In this document: piece by piece, positions 19,504 through 30,108 of the stretch
Position numbering within the stretch: position 1 is the first letter of the stretch
Layout of the letters: every line of letters begins with the position of its first letter
Source of the DNA: Oscillospiraceae bacterium
Lineage (GTDB): Bacteria > Bacillota > Clostridia > Oscillospirales > Oscillospiraceae
DNA: 64,000 bases
Direction of reading: 5' to 3'
Assembly: GCA_022800215.1 (NCBI GenBank)
Contig: JAAWPV010000001.1
Location: forward strand, 45,395-109,394
Program-made: the position numbers and the translations under genes
The notes under the pieces: generated by a model
The model's input: the letters and a program-made list of their open reading frames with translations, nothing else
Told to the model about the DNA's origin: nothing
The model's database searches: none

Positions 19504-21336
19504 TTGCAGACAGAGGAAACACAGCAGTGGTTTGACCCCGGCGACCTCCAGTGCAAACGTCCCTACGGAGCGGCGGAGTCGGGGCAGCAGGTACAATTTA
19601 GTCTTTATCCGCCCCGGGCTGAGGGCTTTGTTCGAGGTGTTCTCACCGCCCGGTGGGAGTTTGACGGAGGCCGGATCAGCGAGACGGCGCTGCCCTGGGC
19701 GGGCATCAAAGGGGACCGGGACCATTTTACCGGAACGATGGATACCGGCGGTTATGTGGGCCTTGTGTGGTATTCCCTCCGGCTGGAGCGGCCCGATGGC
19801 AGCCGGACGGAGGTGGGAGAGTTCCAGCTTACCGTTTATGAGAAGGGGGAGAAAGTGCCCTCCTGGTTTGGGGAGGGTGTTACCTACCAGATCTTCCCTG
19901 ACCGGTTCCGCAGGCTCTCAGCTCCCGACCCCACCGGCATGGTGGGGGGACGCTGGGTCCACCAAAGCTGGGAGGAGGAGCCGGAGTATCGGCCCAATGA
20001 GCATGGGGAAATTCGGAACCGGGACTTTTTCGGCGGCAGCCTCCCCGGCATCACCGAGAAGCTGCCCTACCTCCAGAGCCTGGGGGTGGAGACTCTCTAT
20101 CTCTGTCCCATCTTTGAAGCGGCGGAAAACCACCGCTACGGCGCCGCTGACTATGAGAAGATAGACCCCATGCTGGGCGCTCGGGAGGACTTTGAGGCCC
20201 TCTGTCGCAAGGCCCACAGCCTGGGGATGCACGTTATGCTGGACGGGGTGTTCAACCACACCGGCTTTGTGTCCAAGTACTTCAACGGAGACGGCTTTTA
20301 CCCCGGCCCCGGCGCCGGTCAGAGTCAGGAATCCCCCTACTATAACTGGTTCTGTTTCCAAAACTGGCCCCATGAGTACACCTCCTGGTGGGGCATTTAC
20401 TCCTTACCCACCACCAACAAGGAGAGTAAAGAGTGGCTGGAGTACATCACCGGGGAGAACGGCGTCATCCGTTCCTGGCTCCGTGCGGGGGCCGACGGCT
20501 GGCGGCTGGATGTGGCCGACGAGCTGCCCGACTTCGTGGTGAACGCCATCCACAGGGCCGCCCGGGCTGAGACCCCCAACGCCGTCATCATCGGCGAGGT
20601 GTGGGAGGACGCCTCCCACAAGATCGCCTACGACGTCCGCCGCCGCCACGTGCTGGGGGGTCACTGCGACGGGGTGATGAACTACCCCCTCCGCACCGCC
20701 CTTCTCAGCTTCCTTCTGGGGGGCGGCGGAGAAGAACTTCGGAATACAGTGGAGCAGCAGCGGCAAAACTATCCCCGTTGGGCCTTCTATTCCGGCATGA
20801 ACGCCCTGGGCACCCACGATACCCCCCGGATCCTCACCCTTCTGGGGGTGGGAAGTGACCGCAAGGGGGACACCTCCCGGGATTTCCGGGCCCATTACCG
20901 CATGAATGAAGAGGAGAGAAACCGGGCCGTGACCCTTTTGAAACTGGGCAGCCTGCTTCTCTACGCTCTGCCCGGCTCCCCCACCATCTACTACGGGGAC
21001 GAGGCGGGGATGGAGGGCTTCGAGGACCCCTTCAATCGCCGTACTTTCCCCTGGGGACAGGAGGACCGGGAGCTCACGGACTGGTTCGCCGCCCTGGGGC
21101 GGGCCCGGAAGGCCCTGGCGTCCCTCCGCCGGGGGGAGCTGCGCTGGCTCACCTGTGAAGGGCCGGTGGTCTCCTTCGCCCGAAGCCTGGGGGAGGAGGT
21201 CGTCATCGCCTGGGCCAACGCCGGGGAAATGCCGCAGGAGATGGACCTTCCCGGCGGCGGGACAGAGCCGCTGCCTCCCATGTCTGCCGGCTTTTTCCGC
21301 TGGGATGGGGAACAATTTCTGCCCATGGCCCTATAA
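19504..21336 (+). CDS. GH13 alpha-amylase family (neopullulanase/amylopullulanase-like)
   Basis: YQIFPDRF, DGVFNH, GWRLDVADE, IIGEVWED, LGTHD, YYGDEAG. Confidence 0.92.
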   Translation: MQTEETQQWFDPGDLQCKRPYGAAESGQQVQFSLYPPRAEGFVRGVLTARWEFDGGRISETALPWAGIKGDRDHFTGTMDTGGYVGLVWYSLRLERPDGSRTEVGEFQLTVYEKGEKVPSWFGEGVTYQIFPDRFRRLSAPDPTGMVGGRWVHQSWEEEPEYRPNEHGEIRNRDFFGGSLPGITEKLPYLQSLGVETLYLCPIFEAAENHRYGAADYEKIDPMLGAREDFEALCRKAHSLGMHVMLDGVFNHTGFVSKYFNGDGFYPGPGAGQSQESPYYNWFCFQNWPHEYTSWWGIYSLPTTNKESKEWLEYITGENGVIRSWLRAGADGWRLDVADELPDFVVNAIHRAARAETPNAVIIGEVWEDASHKIAYDVRRRHVLGGHCDGVMNYPLRTALLSFLLGGGGEELRNTVEQQRQNYPRWAFYSGMNALGTHDTPRILTLLGVGSDRKGDTSRDFRAHYRMNEEERNRAVTLLKLGSLLLYALPGSPTIYYGDEAGMEGFEDPFNRRTFPWGQEDRELTDWFAALGRARKALASLRRGELRWLTCEGPVVSFARSLGEEVVIAWANAGEMPQEMDLPGGGTEPLPPMSAGFFRWDGEQFLPMAL

Positions 21337-21451
21337 AAGAAACTTTTTCTGCAATTTTGCCCCTTTTTTTCATTGAACTGGACAAAAAGAAAAGCCTGTG
21401 TTATGATAGAATTAAACGATATCCCAGTATAGACAGAGAGGCGAGACGACT

Positions 21452-22090
21452 ATGAAAAAATGGTTGGCCGCACTATTCGGTATTTTGATCCTGACCCCCA
21501 CCCTGGCCCTGGCGGCGGAAGAGCCGACGGGGTATTTGGATGTACTGGAGATGGAGTGGTATGCCGAAGCGGTGATGGAAATGACCGAGCAGGGCCTTAT
21601 GCAGGGCACCGGAGAGGGTTATTTTAATCCCGGGGCGCCGGTGAGCCGGGCGACGGTGATCGCTGTGCTTTGGCGGTTGGAAGAAGCGCCGGAGGTCGCC
21701 GGGGAGGCGGAGAACTTTCCTGATGTAGACGCTCAGGACCCGGTAAGCAGCTGGTATGCCTCCGCGGCGGCCTGGGCCAAAAGTGCAGGCGTGGCCTCGG
21801 GCGATGAGAAGGGCGAATTTCATGGCGGAGATCCCGTGACCCGGGAGCAGCTGGCCGTGTTTTTCTATAACTATGCCAAATATAAAAGCCAGCCTGTGGC
21901 GGAAGGGGCGATGGGCCTCTTCCCGGACGCTGCCTCCATCTCGGACTGGGCTTGGGATGCGGTGCAGCACGCCGTGGGCCTGGGTCTCCTCCACGGAAAT
22001 GACGAGGGCAACCTGGTTCCCCAGGGAGTGGCCGACCGGGCCTCCCTGGCTGTGATGCTTCAGCGGCTGCTGACCCCCGCGGCGGGATAG
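21452..22090 (+). CDS. Secreted three-SLH-domain protein
   Basis: Signal peptide; WY.EAV…GLMQG…F.P…V.RA repeats. Confidence 0.85.
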   Translation: MKKWLAALFGILILTPTLALAAEEPTGYLDVLEMEWYAEAVMEMTEQGLMQGTGEGYFNPGAPVSRATVIAVLWRLEEAPEVAGEAENFPDVDAQDPVSSWYASAAAWAKSAGVASGDEKGEFHGGDPVTREQLAVFFYNYAKYKSQPVAEGAMGLFPDAASISDWAWDAVQHAVGLGLLHGNDEGNLVPQGVADRASLAVMLQRLLTPAAG

Positions 22091-22129
22091 AAGAAATGAG
22101 CCGGGCCAAAGGAGACCCGGGAAAAGGAG

Positions 22130-23242
22130 TTGAAGCAGGTGCGCACGTCCTATGGTTATGATACCTACCGGGGGCGGTCCAGAACTCGGACTGTTCTGAT
22201 GGCCATTATCGTGATCCTGTTGGTGGTACTTCTCCTGGCGATTGCCGCCTTTTTCTTCCTGCAGCAGTTCATGGTCTATACAGACGATGGCCAGTGGCAT
22301 TTGGAGCTTCCCTTCCTGCAAAACCAAGAGGAGATCCAGAGCACCCTGCCTCCTGTGGAAAGCCAGACGATCATTGTGGTGACACCGCCTCCCACCCCCA
22401 GCCCCACGCCGGAGCCCGAGCCCACCATAACAGCGGTGTGGCTGCTTCGCTCCTCCATTACGGAGGGCAATGCGGCTCAACTGGTGCAGTCGCTGGGCGG
22501 CAATGCGGCAGTGTTCAATATGAAGTCGGATGACGGTATGCTGGGCTATGTGTCTGACCTGCCCCTGGCTCGTGATATGAGAACGTCCCAGGCTGACCCC
22601 GGGCTTAACGATGCCATCCGGACCTTGAATGATTCCGGCCTTTATACCATCGCCCGGGTATCCTGCTTTAAGGACAACGCAGCGCCCAGGATGAACAACT
22701 CTCTGGCGATAAAGACCAACAGCGGCTACAACTGGACCGATGCTGAGGGCATCCGCTGGACCAATGTGGCGGCGGCGGAGGCCCGCAGCTATCTGGTGGA
22801 TATCTGCAAGGAATTGGCAGAGCTGGGCTTTGACGAAATTTTGCTGGAAAATGCCGCCTACCCCGTGGAAGGAAATCTCTCCCATATCAAGGAGGGGGAT
22901 ACCTACGACCCGGAGGAGCTCTCAACCCCGGTGGAGCAGTTTTACCGGGAGGCGGCGGAAGCGCTGGAGGGCACTGGAGTGAAGCTGTCCATCGCCACCC
23001 AGCCAGCGGTGCTGGACGGCGCCGGTGATGAGAGCGGTCAGACCCCGGCGTTACTCGGCGCTTACGCCCAGCGAGTGTATGTGACGGTGCCGGAGACAGC
23101 GGATGCTTATTCCGCCGCCCTCCGGGAGGCGGGATTGGAAGAAAAACAGCTCGTTTACTCCACCGCCACCAACCTGACCGCCGACGAGCTGGGCGAAGGG
23201 ATATCCACCCTTGTCATGTTCTCTTCGGGCATAAAAAAGTGA
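22130..23242 (+). CDS. Membrane-anchored putative glycoside hydrolase (DUF4015-like TIM barrel)
   Basis: TM anchor, Pro/Thr linker, NAAVFNMKSDDG, YTIARVSCFKD, LGFDEILL. Confidence 0.7.
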   Translation: MKQVRTSYGYDTYRGRSRTRTVLMAIIVILLVVLLLAIAAFFFLQQFMVYTDDGQWHLELPFLQNQEEIQSTLPPVESQTIIVVTPPPTPSPTPEPEPTITAVWLLRSSITEGNAAQLVQSLGGNAAVFNMKSDDGMLGYVSDLPLARDMRTSQADPGLNDAIRTLNDSGLYTIARVSCFKDNAAPRMNNSLAIKTNSGYNWTDAEGIRWTNVAAAEARSYLVDICKELAELGFDEILLENAAYPVEGNLSHIKEGDTYDPEELSTPVEQFYREAAEALEGTGVKLSIATQPAVLDGAGDESGQTPALLGAYAQRVYVTVPETADAYSAALREAGLEEKQLVYSTATNLTADELGEGISTLVMFSSGIKK

Positions 23243-23244
23243 GA

Positions 23245-23301
23245 AAATTAAAAAACAGATTGTATTTTCTGCAAAAGAAAATACAATCTGTTTTTTAATT
23301 T
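23245..23301. terminator. Long AT-rich perfect inverted repeat, probable bidirectional terminator
   Basis: 26-bp arms aaattaaaaaacagattgtattttct / agaaaatacaatctgttttttaattt with 5-nt loop, between convergent stops. Confidence 0.75.
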
Positions 23302-23941
23302 AGGCTTGCAGACTCACCAGATGGTCCCGCAGCTTTTTGGCGTGCTCTTGATCCTCCTGGGCCAGCGTTCGATAAAGCTCCGTTAGGCAGGGGTCAGAGG
23401 CGGAATTGGCGGCAGCCAGAAGGTGAAGTGCTGCCTGCTGCTCGGCCTGAAAGCGTTCCCGAATAGCAAAAGGAAGGCTGGGGAAGGTGGGAAAATCGGT
23501 GGGAGGGACCGTGTATTCCTGGCCGGAAATGAGAAAATAAGCGGCGGAGAGCCGTTGAACTTGGAACTGTTTGGCCTCGGCTAAGGCGGAGAAAAATCCT
23601 TCTCTCCGCTCCCGGGGCCGGCCGTTGTTTCGATGTGCCAGAGCCCGGTAGATACGCCGGCCGTCCATTGCCAGAGCCAGCATAACTTCCAGCGCGGGCA
23701 GGTCTCCGGCGCTTTGCTCGCCCAGACAGGTAGGGACAGAAGCGGGGGCGGAGGTCATGGGCCGGACAAAAGAGGGCTGGACGGGGGGCGGTAATACAGG
23801 GGCAGGGGCTGTCTGGGATTCCGGGCGGGCCGGTGCTTCGGGAGCCTCCAGGGTAAAAGGACAGTCCACGCGGTCCTCAGGCATGACACGGCGCCATACC
23901 TGCTGAAAGGCCTCCCGGTCCAGATCGTCAGGGACGTTCAT
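23300..23941 (-). CDS. Ferritin-like domain protein, possibly sporulation-related
   Basis: Y..LA…L.AAYFLISG…E..H pattern; RBS aaggagg; upstream CATAGAAT resembles a sigE -10. Confidence 0.55.
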   Translation of the reverse strand: MNVPDDLDREAFQQVWRRVMPEDRVDCPFTLEAPEAPARPESQTAPAPVLPPPVQPSFVRPMTSAPASVPTCLGEQSAGDLPALEVMLALAMDGRRIYRALAHRNNGRPRERREGFFSALAEAKQFQVQRLSAAYFLISGQEYTVPPTDFPTFPSLPFAIRERFQAEQQAALHLLAAANSASDPCLTELYRTLAQEDQEHAKKLRDHLVSLQA

Positions 23942-24016
23942 AGTGATTCCTCCTTCGGTTCTTTTCTCTTCATTCTATGCAGGCAAGAAAAAAAGGGACC
24001 AAAAAAGAAAAAAGAG

Positions 24017-24045
24017 TTGACAAGCGGGCAAGATTTAGATATAAT
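24017..24045 (+). promoter_or_regulatory. SigA promoter of tRNA-Val/tRNA-Gly
   Basis: TTGACA-17 nt-TATAAT with an A-rich upstream tract. Confidence 0.9.
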
Positions 24046-24060
24046 GATTCTTGCCTTTTC

Positions 24061-24137
24061 GGACGATTAGCTCAGCTGGTATGAGCATCCGCTTGACGTG
24101 CGGGAGGTCACAGGTTCAAGTCCTGTATCGTCCACCA
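24061..24137 (+). tRNA. tRNA-Val(GAC)
   Basis: Cloverleaf, anticodon arm ccgc-ttGACgt-gcgg, GGTTCAAGTCC T-arm, CCA end. Confidence 0.95.
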
Positions 24138-24140
24138 AAA

Positions 24141-24271
24141 AGAAGCGCTGAGCGCAGCTCTGCGAGGGCGCTTGATCCGCAGCGAAGCCGAGGGATAAGG
24201 CCGTAGGCCTTGGAGACCAGGCTGAGGCGGAGGGAAAGCAACTGAGCGAAAGGGCAAGCGAAGCGTGACAG
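24141..24271 (+). repeat. Structured intergenic repeat, copy B (tRNA spacer)
   Basis: agaagcg…cgagggcgcttg…aaggcc-gta-ggcctt…agaccaggctgaggcggagggaaagcaactga…cgtgacag; collinear with copy D. Confidence 0.8.
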
Positions 24272-24298
24272 TCAGTGCCGGTTTCGTCCGGCTGACAT

Positions 24299-24374
24299 GC
24301 GGGCATAGCTCATCTGGTAGAGCGCCACCTTGCCAAGGTGGAGGTAGCGAGTTCGAGCCTCGTTGCCCGCTCCA
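24299..24374 (+). tRNA. tRNA-Gly(GCC)
   Basis: Cloverleaf, anticodon arm ccacc-ttGCCaa-ggtgg, GTTCGA, CCA end. Confidence 0.95.
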
Positions 24375-24413
24375 AAAAATGAGGGACATCCATCCGGATG
24401 TCCCTCATTTTTT
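24374..24413 (+). terminator. Terminator after tRNA operon
   Basis: aaaaaatgagggacatcc-atcc-ggatgtccctcatttttt. Confidence 0.85.
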
Positions 24414-24537
24414 AAATCAGTTGAATTTGCCGCCTCTGCTCCATGCCTCTCGCAGCCTTTTGAGTAAGGACAAAAAATCTACGGTCCCAGATATGGGACC
24501 GCAGATTTCAACTTTTTCAAAAAAGTTTTTCATTGGA

Positions 24538-24573
24538 TGTATCCATTTGTGCAACACGAAGGGGTGAAATCAC
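24538..24573 (+). repeat. 36-bp oriented intergenic motif, diverged copy 2
   Basis: tgtatccatttgtgcaacacgaaggggtgaaatcac(tact); same spacing as the other copies. Confidence 0.55.
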
Positions 24574-24591
24574 TACTATTGGAACCTGTGT

Positions 24592-24921
24592 TTAGCCAAA
24601 CACCACCTGCACCAGCATCATATAGAGGGCTGTACCGCCGATGATGGATAAAAGGGTGCTGTGCTTCCACTTGTGAAGTGCGATCACCGCTATAGAGGCG
24701 ATCAACTGCGGCAGCCATCCGGGGGCGGCAGAGAAGGATATACCGCGCAGGCAGTAGACCACCAGCATGGCCATCACCGCCGGCGGCAAGACCCGGCCCA
24801 GATAGAGGATTACCTTGGGCGGCTCTCCACTTCGGTCAAAAAGCAGGAAAGGCAGGGAGCGGGTCAGTATTGTGACCACTGTCATAACGGCGATAATAGC
24901 CAGAGAATGGGAAACATTCAT
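24592..24921 (-). CDS. azlD: AzlD-family branched-chain amino acid exporter, small subunit
   Basis: TR.LPFLLF, YLG.VLPPA.M.MLVVYCL. Confidence 0.85.
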   Translation of the reverse strand: MNVSHSLAIIAVMTVVTILTRSLPFLLFDRSGEPPKVILYLGRVLPPAVMAMLVVYCLRGISFSAAPGWLPQLIASIAVIALHKWKHSTLLSIIGGTALYMMLVQVVFG

Positions 24922-25619
24922 GCCGTTTCCTCCCTATCCAGCCGTCCATGCAGAACCAGCAAGGCCAAAATCATAACGGCCAGTGCCGGAACGAGGAACC
25001 GCTCGGGGCCAAACAGTACCAGGGTCAAAAGGGAGATCCCGCCGCCCAGCAAGGCAGGCAGGTGGCTTTTTGCGTTCTCCCACTGGCCTACGGCGATGAC
25101 GATAAAGAGGGCGGTCATGGCAAAGTCTGCTCCCTGGGTATTGATGGTGAGGGCAGTACCAAGCAGCCCACCCAGCAGAGAACCTGCCACCCAGTAAAGC
25201 TGATCCAGCAGAGAGACGGCGAAGTAATAGTCAGCCGGTTTTACGCCCACAGGGACATGAAGGCTGGAGAGAAGTGCATAGGTCTCGTCTGTGAGAGAAA
25301 AGATCATATAGGGCTTTTTCCAGCCCATACCGCAAAACTTTTCCAGCATGGAAAGTCCGTAGACCAGATGGCGGAAGTTAAGAATGAAAGTCATCACTGC
25401 CGCCTGAGCCAGAGGGACGGCGGCGGTGAGAAGCTCCACCCCCAGGAACTGGGCCGACCCGGCGTAGATGAAGCCGGACATGAGCGCCGCCCACCCCACG
25501 CCGAAACCCGCTGCATTCAGCAGCAGCCCGAAGGCGGCGCCCAGGGTGAGATAGCCCAGCATCACCGGCACGGTGGCGGGGAAAGCGGCGGCAAAGGCTT
25601 TACGGTTCAATGGGAACAC
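24918..25619 (-). CDS. azlC: AzlC-family branched-chain amino acid exporter, large subunit
   Basis: YAGSAQF, NFRHLVYGLS, LTDETYA motifs. Confidence 0.9.
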   Translation of the reverse strand: MFPLNRKAFAAAFPATVPVMLGYLTLGAAFGLLLNAAGFGVGWAALMSGFIYAGSAQFLGVELLTAAVPLAQAAVMTFILNFRHLVYGLSMLEKFCGMGWKKPYMIFSLTDETYALLSSLHVPVGVKPADYYFAVSLLDQLYWVAGSLLGGLLGTALTINTQGADFAMTALFIVIAVGQWENAKSHLPALLGGGISLLTLVLFGPERFLVPALAVMILALLVLHGRLDREETA

Positions 25620-25749
25620 TTCCTTTTCAGGGAAATTTGAGATATTATACTATATTGGTAGGAGAATGGCAAGGGCGAAATTCCCGCCTCTTCCATTTCC
25701 GGGGAAAAACGGTTATAATAGGAGAGCAAAGAATGGATCGGAGGTCACC

Positions 25750-26652
25750 ATGGAAAAACTGCTTTTTATTTACAATCCTCACGCCGGCAAAGGCAGGGTC
25801 CGGAGCAAGCTGGCCGGAGTACTCAACGCTTTTACCAGGGCCGGCTGTCTCACTACCGTTTACCCCACCCAGGGCCCCGGAGATGCGGTGAAAGCCGCTA
25901 AGGAACTGGCGCCCCAGTATGACCGGCTGGCGGTCTGCGGCGGGGACGGCACCCTCCATGAGGTGGTGTCCGGCCTTATGGAGCTGCCTGAAAGCGCCCG
26001 CCCCCCCATCGGCTACATTCCGGCGGGGACCACCAACGATTACGCCCGGAACCTGAACCTTCCCCGGGAAATGGAGGCCATGGCCGGCCTGGCCGCCTCC
26101 GGGGAGCCCAGGCCGGTGGACCTGGGCCGGCTGGGGGAGCGGCACTTCATCTATGTGGCTGCCTTTGGAGCCTTCACCGATGTGGCCTACAATACCTCCC
26201 AGGAGTTCAAGAATATGTTCGGACACCTGGCCTATGTGCTGAAGGGGGTGGCCGAGCTCAGTAGCCTCAAGGGCTATGGGCTACAGCTGGAGCACGATGG
26301 GGGCGTTATTGAGGGGGATTTCCTCTACGGCATGGTGTCCAACACCATCTCGGTGGGGGGCGTCATCGGCCTGCCCCGGGAAGAGGTGGCTCTGGACGAC
26401 GGCCTTCTGGAGGCGGTGCTGGTGAGGGTCCCCCGGTCGGTGGCCCAGATGAACGCCATGATCCGGTCCCTGGCCCGGCAGGAGTACAACGAGGAAACGG
26501 GGGTCATCGGTCTTCACTCCTCCCGGTTCCGTATCACCTGCCAGGAGCCCATCCCCTTCACTCTGGACGGGGAGTTCGGCGGCGAGCACACCCAGGCGGA
26601 CATTGCCGCCGTAGAGCGGCCCATCCGTATCGTCCGGGGAAACGGGGAATAA
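25750..26652 (+). CDS. Diacylglycerol kinase-family (YegS/BmrU) lipid kinase
   Basis: NPHAGKG, GGDGTLHEV, IPAGTTND, LDGE; RBS ggagg before ATG 25750. Confidence 0.9.
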   Translation: MEKLLFIYNPHAGKGRVRSKLAGVLNAFTRAGCLTTVYPTQGPGDAVKAAKELAPQYDRLAVCGGDGTLHEVVSGLMELPESARPPIGYIPAGTTNDYARNLNLPREMEAMAGLAASGEPRPVDLGRLGERHFIYVAAFGAFTDVAYNTSQEFKNMFGHLAYVLKGVAELSSLKGYGLQLEHDGGVIEGDFLYGMVSNTISVGGVIGLPREEVALDDGLLEAVLVRVPRSVAQMNAMIRSLARQEYNEETGVIGLHSSRFRITCQEPIPFTLDGEFGGEHTQADIAAVERPIRIVRGNGE

Positions 26653-26684
26653 GAACTTGACTTTCGCGGAAAGGAGGAACCAAC

Positions 26685-28499
26685 ATGGACTATCACGCCG
26701 GAAATTTTGACGTGGCCGTCATCGGGGCGGGCCACGCCGGGATAGAAGCCGCCCTGGCTTCGGCCCGGCTGGGGCTGAAGACGCTCTGCTTCACCATCAA
26801 CCTGGACGCGGTGGGCAATATGCCCTGCAACCCCGCCATCGGCGGCACGGGCAAGGGCCACCTGGTCCGGGAGATCGACGCTTTGGGGGGCGAGATGGCC
26901 AAAGCCGCCGACAAGGCCTGCATCCAGTACCGGGTGCTCAACAAGGGCAAAGGCCCCGCCGTCTGGTCCCTCCGGGCCCAGGCCGACCGCCGCCGCTATC
27001 AGGAGATCATGAAGCACACCCTGGAACAGCAGGAAAACCTGTGGGTCAAGCAGGGAGAGATCACCGACATCTTGGTGGACGAGCGGGGGGCCGTCTCGGC
27101 AGTCCGCACCGACCACGGGGCGGTCTACGGCGTGAAGGCGGCCATCGTCTGCTCGGGGACTTACCTTGCAGGCCGCACCATCGTGGGCGAGGTGACGAGG
27201 GACAGCGGCCCCGACGGCATGGCCGCCGCCGGACCACTGTCCGAAAGCCTGCGGAAGCTGGGGGTCACCCTCCGCCGGTTCAAGACGGGCACGCCGCCAC
27301 GGGTGAACCGCCGCAGTGTGGACCTTTCCCAAATGGAGCTTCAGCTCGGGGACGAGGCCCCGGTGCCCTTCTCCTTCTCCACCGGGGAGCCGCTGGAAAA
27401 CCAGGCGGTCTGCTACCTTACTTACACCACCGAGGAGACCCACCGGGTCATCCGGGAAAATCTGGACCGCTCCCCTCTCTATGACGGCACCATCCAGGGG
27501 GTGGGCCCTCGCTATTGCCCCTCCATCGAGAGCAAGATCGTCACCTTCCCGGACAAGCCCCGGCACCAGCTTTTCATCGAGCCCATGGGGCTCAATACGG
27601 AAGAGCTCTATATCCAGGGCTTTTCCTCCTCCCTCCCCGAGGAGGTTCAGGTGAAGATGCTCCACACCATCCCCGGACTGGAGCAGGCGGAGATGACACG
27701 GGCAGCCTATGCCATCGAGTACGACTGCGTGGACCCCACCGAACTGCTGCCCACCCTGGAACACAAGAAGGTCCCCGGTCTCTACGGAGCAGGGCAGTTC
27801 AACGGCTCCTCGGGCTATGAGGAGGCCGCCGCCCAGGGGCTGATGGCGGGTATCAACGCCGCTCGTAAAATATTATGTCAACCTCCCGTGGTTCTCACCC
27901 GGGCGGATGGATACATCGGGGTGCTCATCGACGATCTGGTGACCAAGGGCACCAATGAGCCTTACCGGATGATGACCTCCCGGACCGAGTACCGGCTTTT
28001 GCAGCGCCAGGACAACGCCGACCGGCGGCTTTCCCACATCGGCCATGAAGTTGGACTGGTGAGCGACGGGGACTACCGGAAGGTGGTGGACAAGTATGCC
28101 GCCGTGGAGGCCGAGATCAGGCGGCTGGAGAAGGCCCCCTGCCCCGGCGGGCACTTGGCCGATCTGCTCCGCCGCCCGGAGAACACCTACGAAAGCCTTG
28201 CCGACCTGGACCCCCAGCGGCCCCATCTTCCCGCCGCTGTCACTGAGGCGGCGGAAATTGAGATCAAGTACGCCGGCTACCTCCGCCGTCAGGAAAAGCA
28301 GGTGGCGGAGATGAAGAAGCTGGAGGCCCGGCCTCTGCCGGCGGATATGGATTATGTAAACTTGCAGGGGCTCCGGCTGGAGGCCCGGCAAAAGCTGGCC
28401 CAGATACGCCCCGCCAATCTGGGCCAGGCCAGCCGGGTATCCGGGGTGAGCCCGGCGGACATCGCGGCTCTAATGGTGTATCTGGAGAGGGAGAAATAA
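26685..28499 (+). CDS. mnmG: tRNA U34 carboxymethylaminomethyl modification enzyme MnmG (GidA)
   Basis: [54 protein letters not shown]. Confidence 0.97.
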   Translation: MDYHAGNFDVAVIGAGHAGIEAALASARLGLKTLCFTINLDAVGNMPCNPAIGGTGKGHLVREIDALGGEMAKAADKACIQYRVLNKGKGPAVWSLRAQADRRRYQEIMKHTLEQQENLWVKQGEITDILVDERGAVSAVRTDHGAVYGVKAAIVCSGTYLAGRTIVGEVTRDSGPDGMAAAGPLSESLRKLGVTLRRFKTGTPPRVNRRSVDLSQMELQLGDEAPVPFSFSTGEPLENQAVCYLTYTTEETHRVIRENLDRSPLYDGTIQGVGPRYCPSIESKIVTFPDKPRHQLFIEPMGLNTEELYIQGFSSSLPEEVQVKMLHTIPGLEQAEMTRAAYAIEYDCVDPTELLPTLEHKKVPGLYGAGQFNGSSGYEEAAAQGLMAGINAARKILCQPPVVLTRADGYIGVLIDDLVTKGTNEPYRMMTSRTEYRLLQRQDNADRRLSHIGHEVGLVSDGDYRKVVDKYAAVEAEIRRLEKAPCPGGHLADLLRRPENTYESLADLDPQRPHLPAAVTEAAEIEIKYAGYLRRQEKQVAEMKKLEARPLPADMDYVNLQGLRLEARQKLAQIRPANLGQASRVSGVSPADIAALMVYLEREK

Positions 28500-28510
28500 G
28501 GAGAACCATT

Positions 28511-29278
28511 ATGGAAGTTTATGCCTATACCATGACTTGGGACACCGGCTTTGCACCATGTATCTATAACGGTGAGTTAACTCTGGCCTGTTGTAAAACC
28601 AGCTTGAGATACAAAATTGCTCAAAAGCTTTTGTCCTCAACCGATAAGGGCAAAGAAAACATTTATATCGTAGGGCTGTGCGGAAAGGTATTGGAGCAGC
28701 GAGGTATAAAGGAGGGTAAGTTAAATAGCCAGAAATTGCCTGATTATTCCTACTGGCCAGTATATATAGCAAAAATCGAGTGGGCTGAACAGACAAATAT
28801 ATACTTTTCAGGGCAGAAGAAGCGGCCTGACCAAGTATACTCTTACGATAAAGGCAGTGATACTTGGTATATATGCGGCGGCAATCCGCACCACACAAAA
28901 GTCAGGAGAAAGACCTCATTTATAGATTGGGGCAATGAGCGGGATATTACATATCGCTCTTATAACAAGGAGAATCCGATACTTAATTACGTGCTAAAAT
29001 CCACAGAGTTTGTCTTTTTGGGTACGGAAATTCAGAGAGTAGCAGATTTGTGCAACACCGATGGTCCATATCCTTGTTTGCACAGAATGGCTATGGAACG
29101 CAAAGGCGCTCCGCGAAGCGATCTGAAGCCCATTTCGTTTAGTGAAACTGAGAAAATTAACTTTAGGGCCCTTTTTGAACTTTGTCAGTCGAAATTTGAA
29201 ACCAATGTTCTCCATAGAAACCACATAAGCCAATATTTTGAGAATGGCTGTGGGAAGGGAGAGTGCAAAAGAGGTTGA
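28511..29278 (+). CDS. Nmad2-like (nucleotide modification associated domain 2) protein
   Basis: N-terminal Y.Y.M..DTGFAP….G.LTLACCK..LR and KRPD..Y match my recollection of Nmad2; AT-rich codons. Confidence 0.7.
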   Translation: MEVYAYTMTWDTGFAPCIYNGELTLACCKTSLRYKIAQKLLSSTDKGKENIYIVGLCGKVLEQRGIKEGKLNSQKLPDYSYWPVYIAKIEWAEQTNIYFSGQKKRPDQVYSYDKGSDTWYICGGNPHHTKVRRKTSFIDWGNERDITYRSYNKENPILNYVLKSTEFVFLGTEIQRVADLCNTDGPYPCLHRMAMERKGAPRSDLKPISFSETEKINFRALFELCQSKFETNVLHRNHISQYFENGCGKGECKRG

Positions 29279-30108
29279 AAATTATTCTTTCTCGTAAGGG
29301 CTTTGACCAGGCAAATGGTGGTTGTGCAAGCCCCATCATGCCAGATGGGACACTTCTTTCTATGCCCATTCCCAGCGCTAAAAGCGGAGTTCGCTATAAC
29401 GATTTGAGATACGGAGCCTTGACATATGAAGATATTTGGAAACAGTTGAAACCGAAAAGAAAAGTATTTTCCGTCTACTGCCACCTTGACCCAGATATCA
29501 GAGTCTGTGCGCATACAAACCTACCTAACGACTGGAAACCGATTTTTGGTCAAATGGGTGCTGCTCAAACGCATCTGTATAACCAACATGTAACGGAAGG
29601 TGACTTGTTTCTGTTTTTTGGCTGGTTTCGCCAAACCCACTGGGATGAAAAGACCGAAATGCTACGATATGTGACCATGGCACCCAATCAGCATATCCTA
29701 TACGGATATTTACAAGTTGGAGAAGTTGTGACTGGTGATGATGTCCAAAAGTATCCTTGGCATCCCCACGCCGATTCTTTACATATCGGGAAGAAACAGA
29801 ATACAATGTATTTGCCTACCCCGTATTTATGTATTAACGGTCGAAAAACGGAACTGCCTGGAGCTGGAACTTTCAAATTTTCAAAAGAGCTGGTTTTGAC
29901 TAAAGAGGGTATGTCCCGTGGAAAGTGGGATTTACCGGTGTGCTTTCAAAACGTTTCTATTTCCTGCCATAATAAGAACAGTTTTAAGGACGGCTATTTC
30001 CAAAGTGCCCCTATTGGTCAGGAATTTGTGGTGGAGGATAAACCCGAAATTTCCGATTGGGCATTACATCTTGTTGAAGACAATGCTGAGCCATACAATA
30101 TTATGTAA
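29263..30108 (+). CDS. Nmad3-like (nucleotide modification associated domain 3) protein
   Basis: KIILSRKGFD..GG..SPI.PDG.L.S.PIP, HLDPD, FGQ..AAQTHL, GDLFLFFGWF, HPH, GQEFV; overlaps the upstream stop (alternative TTG start at 29275). Confidence 0.75.
   Translation: MQKRLKIILSRKGFDQANGGCASPIMPDGTLLSMPIPSAKSGVRYNDLRYGALTYEDIWKQLKPKRKVFSVYCHLDPDIRVCAHTNLPNDWKPIFGQMGAAQTHLYNQHVTEGDLFLFFGWFRQTHWDEKTEMLRYVTMAPNQHILYGYLQVGEVVTGDDVQKYPWHPHADSLHIGKKQNTMYLPTPYLCINGRKTELPGAGTFKFSKELVLTKEGMSRGKWDLPVCFQNVSISCHNKNSFKDGYFQSAPIGQEFVVEDKPEISDWALHLVEDNAEPYNIM

Noticed and set aside
24299-24600. tRNA-targeted island at tRNA-Gly, tRNA-Val or tRNA-Arg
   Set aside because: No duplicated tRNA 3' end and no integrase found in the window
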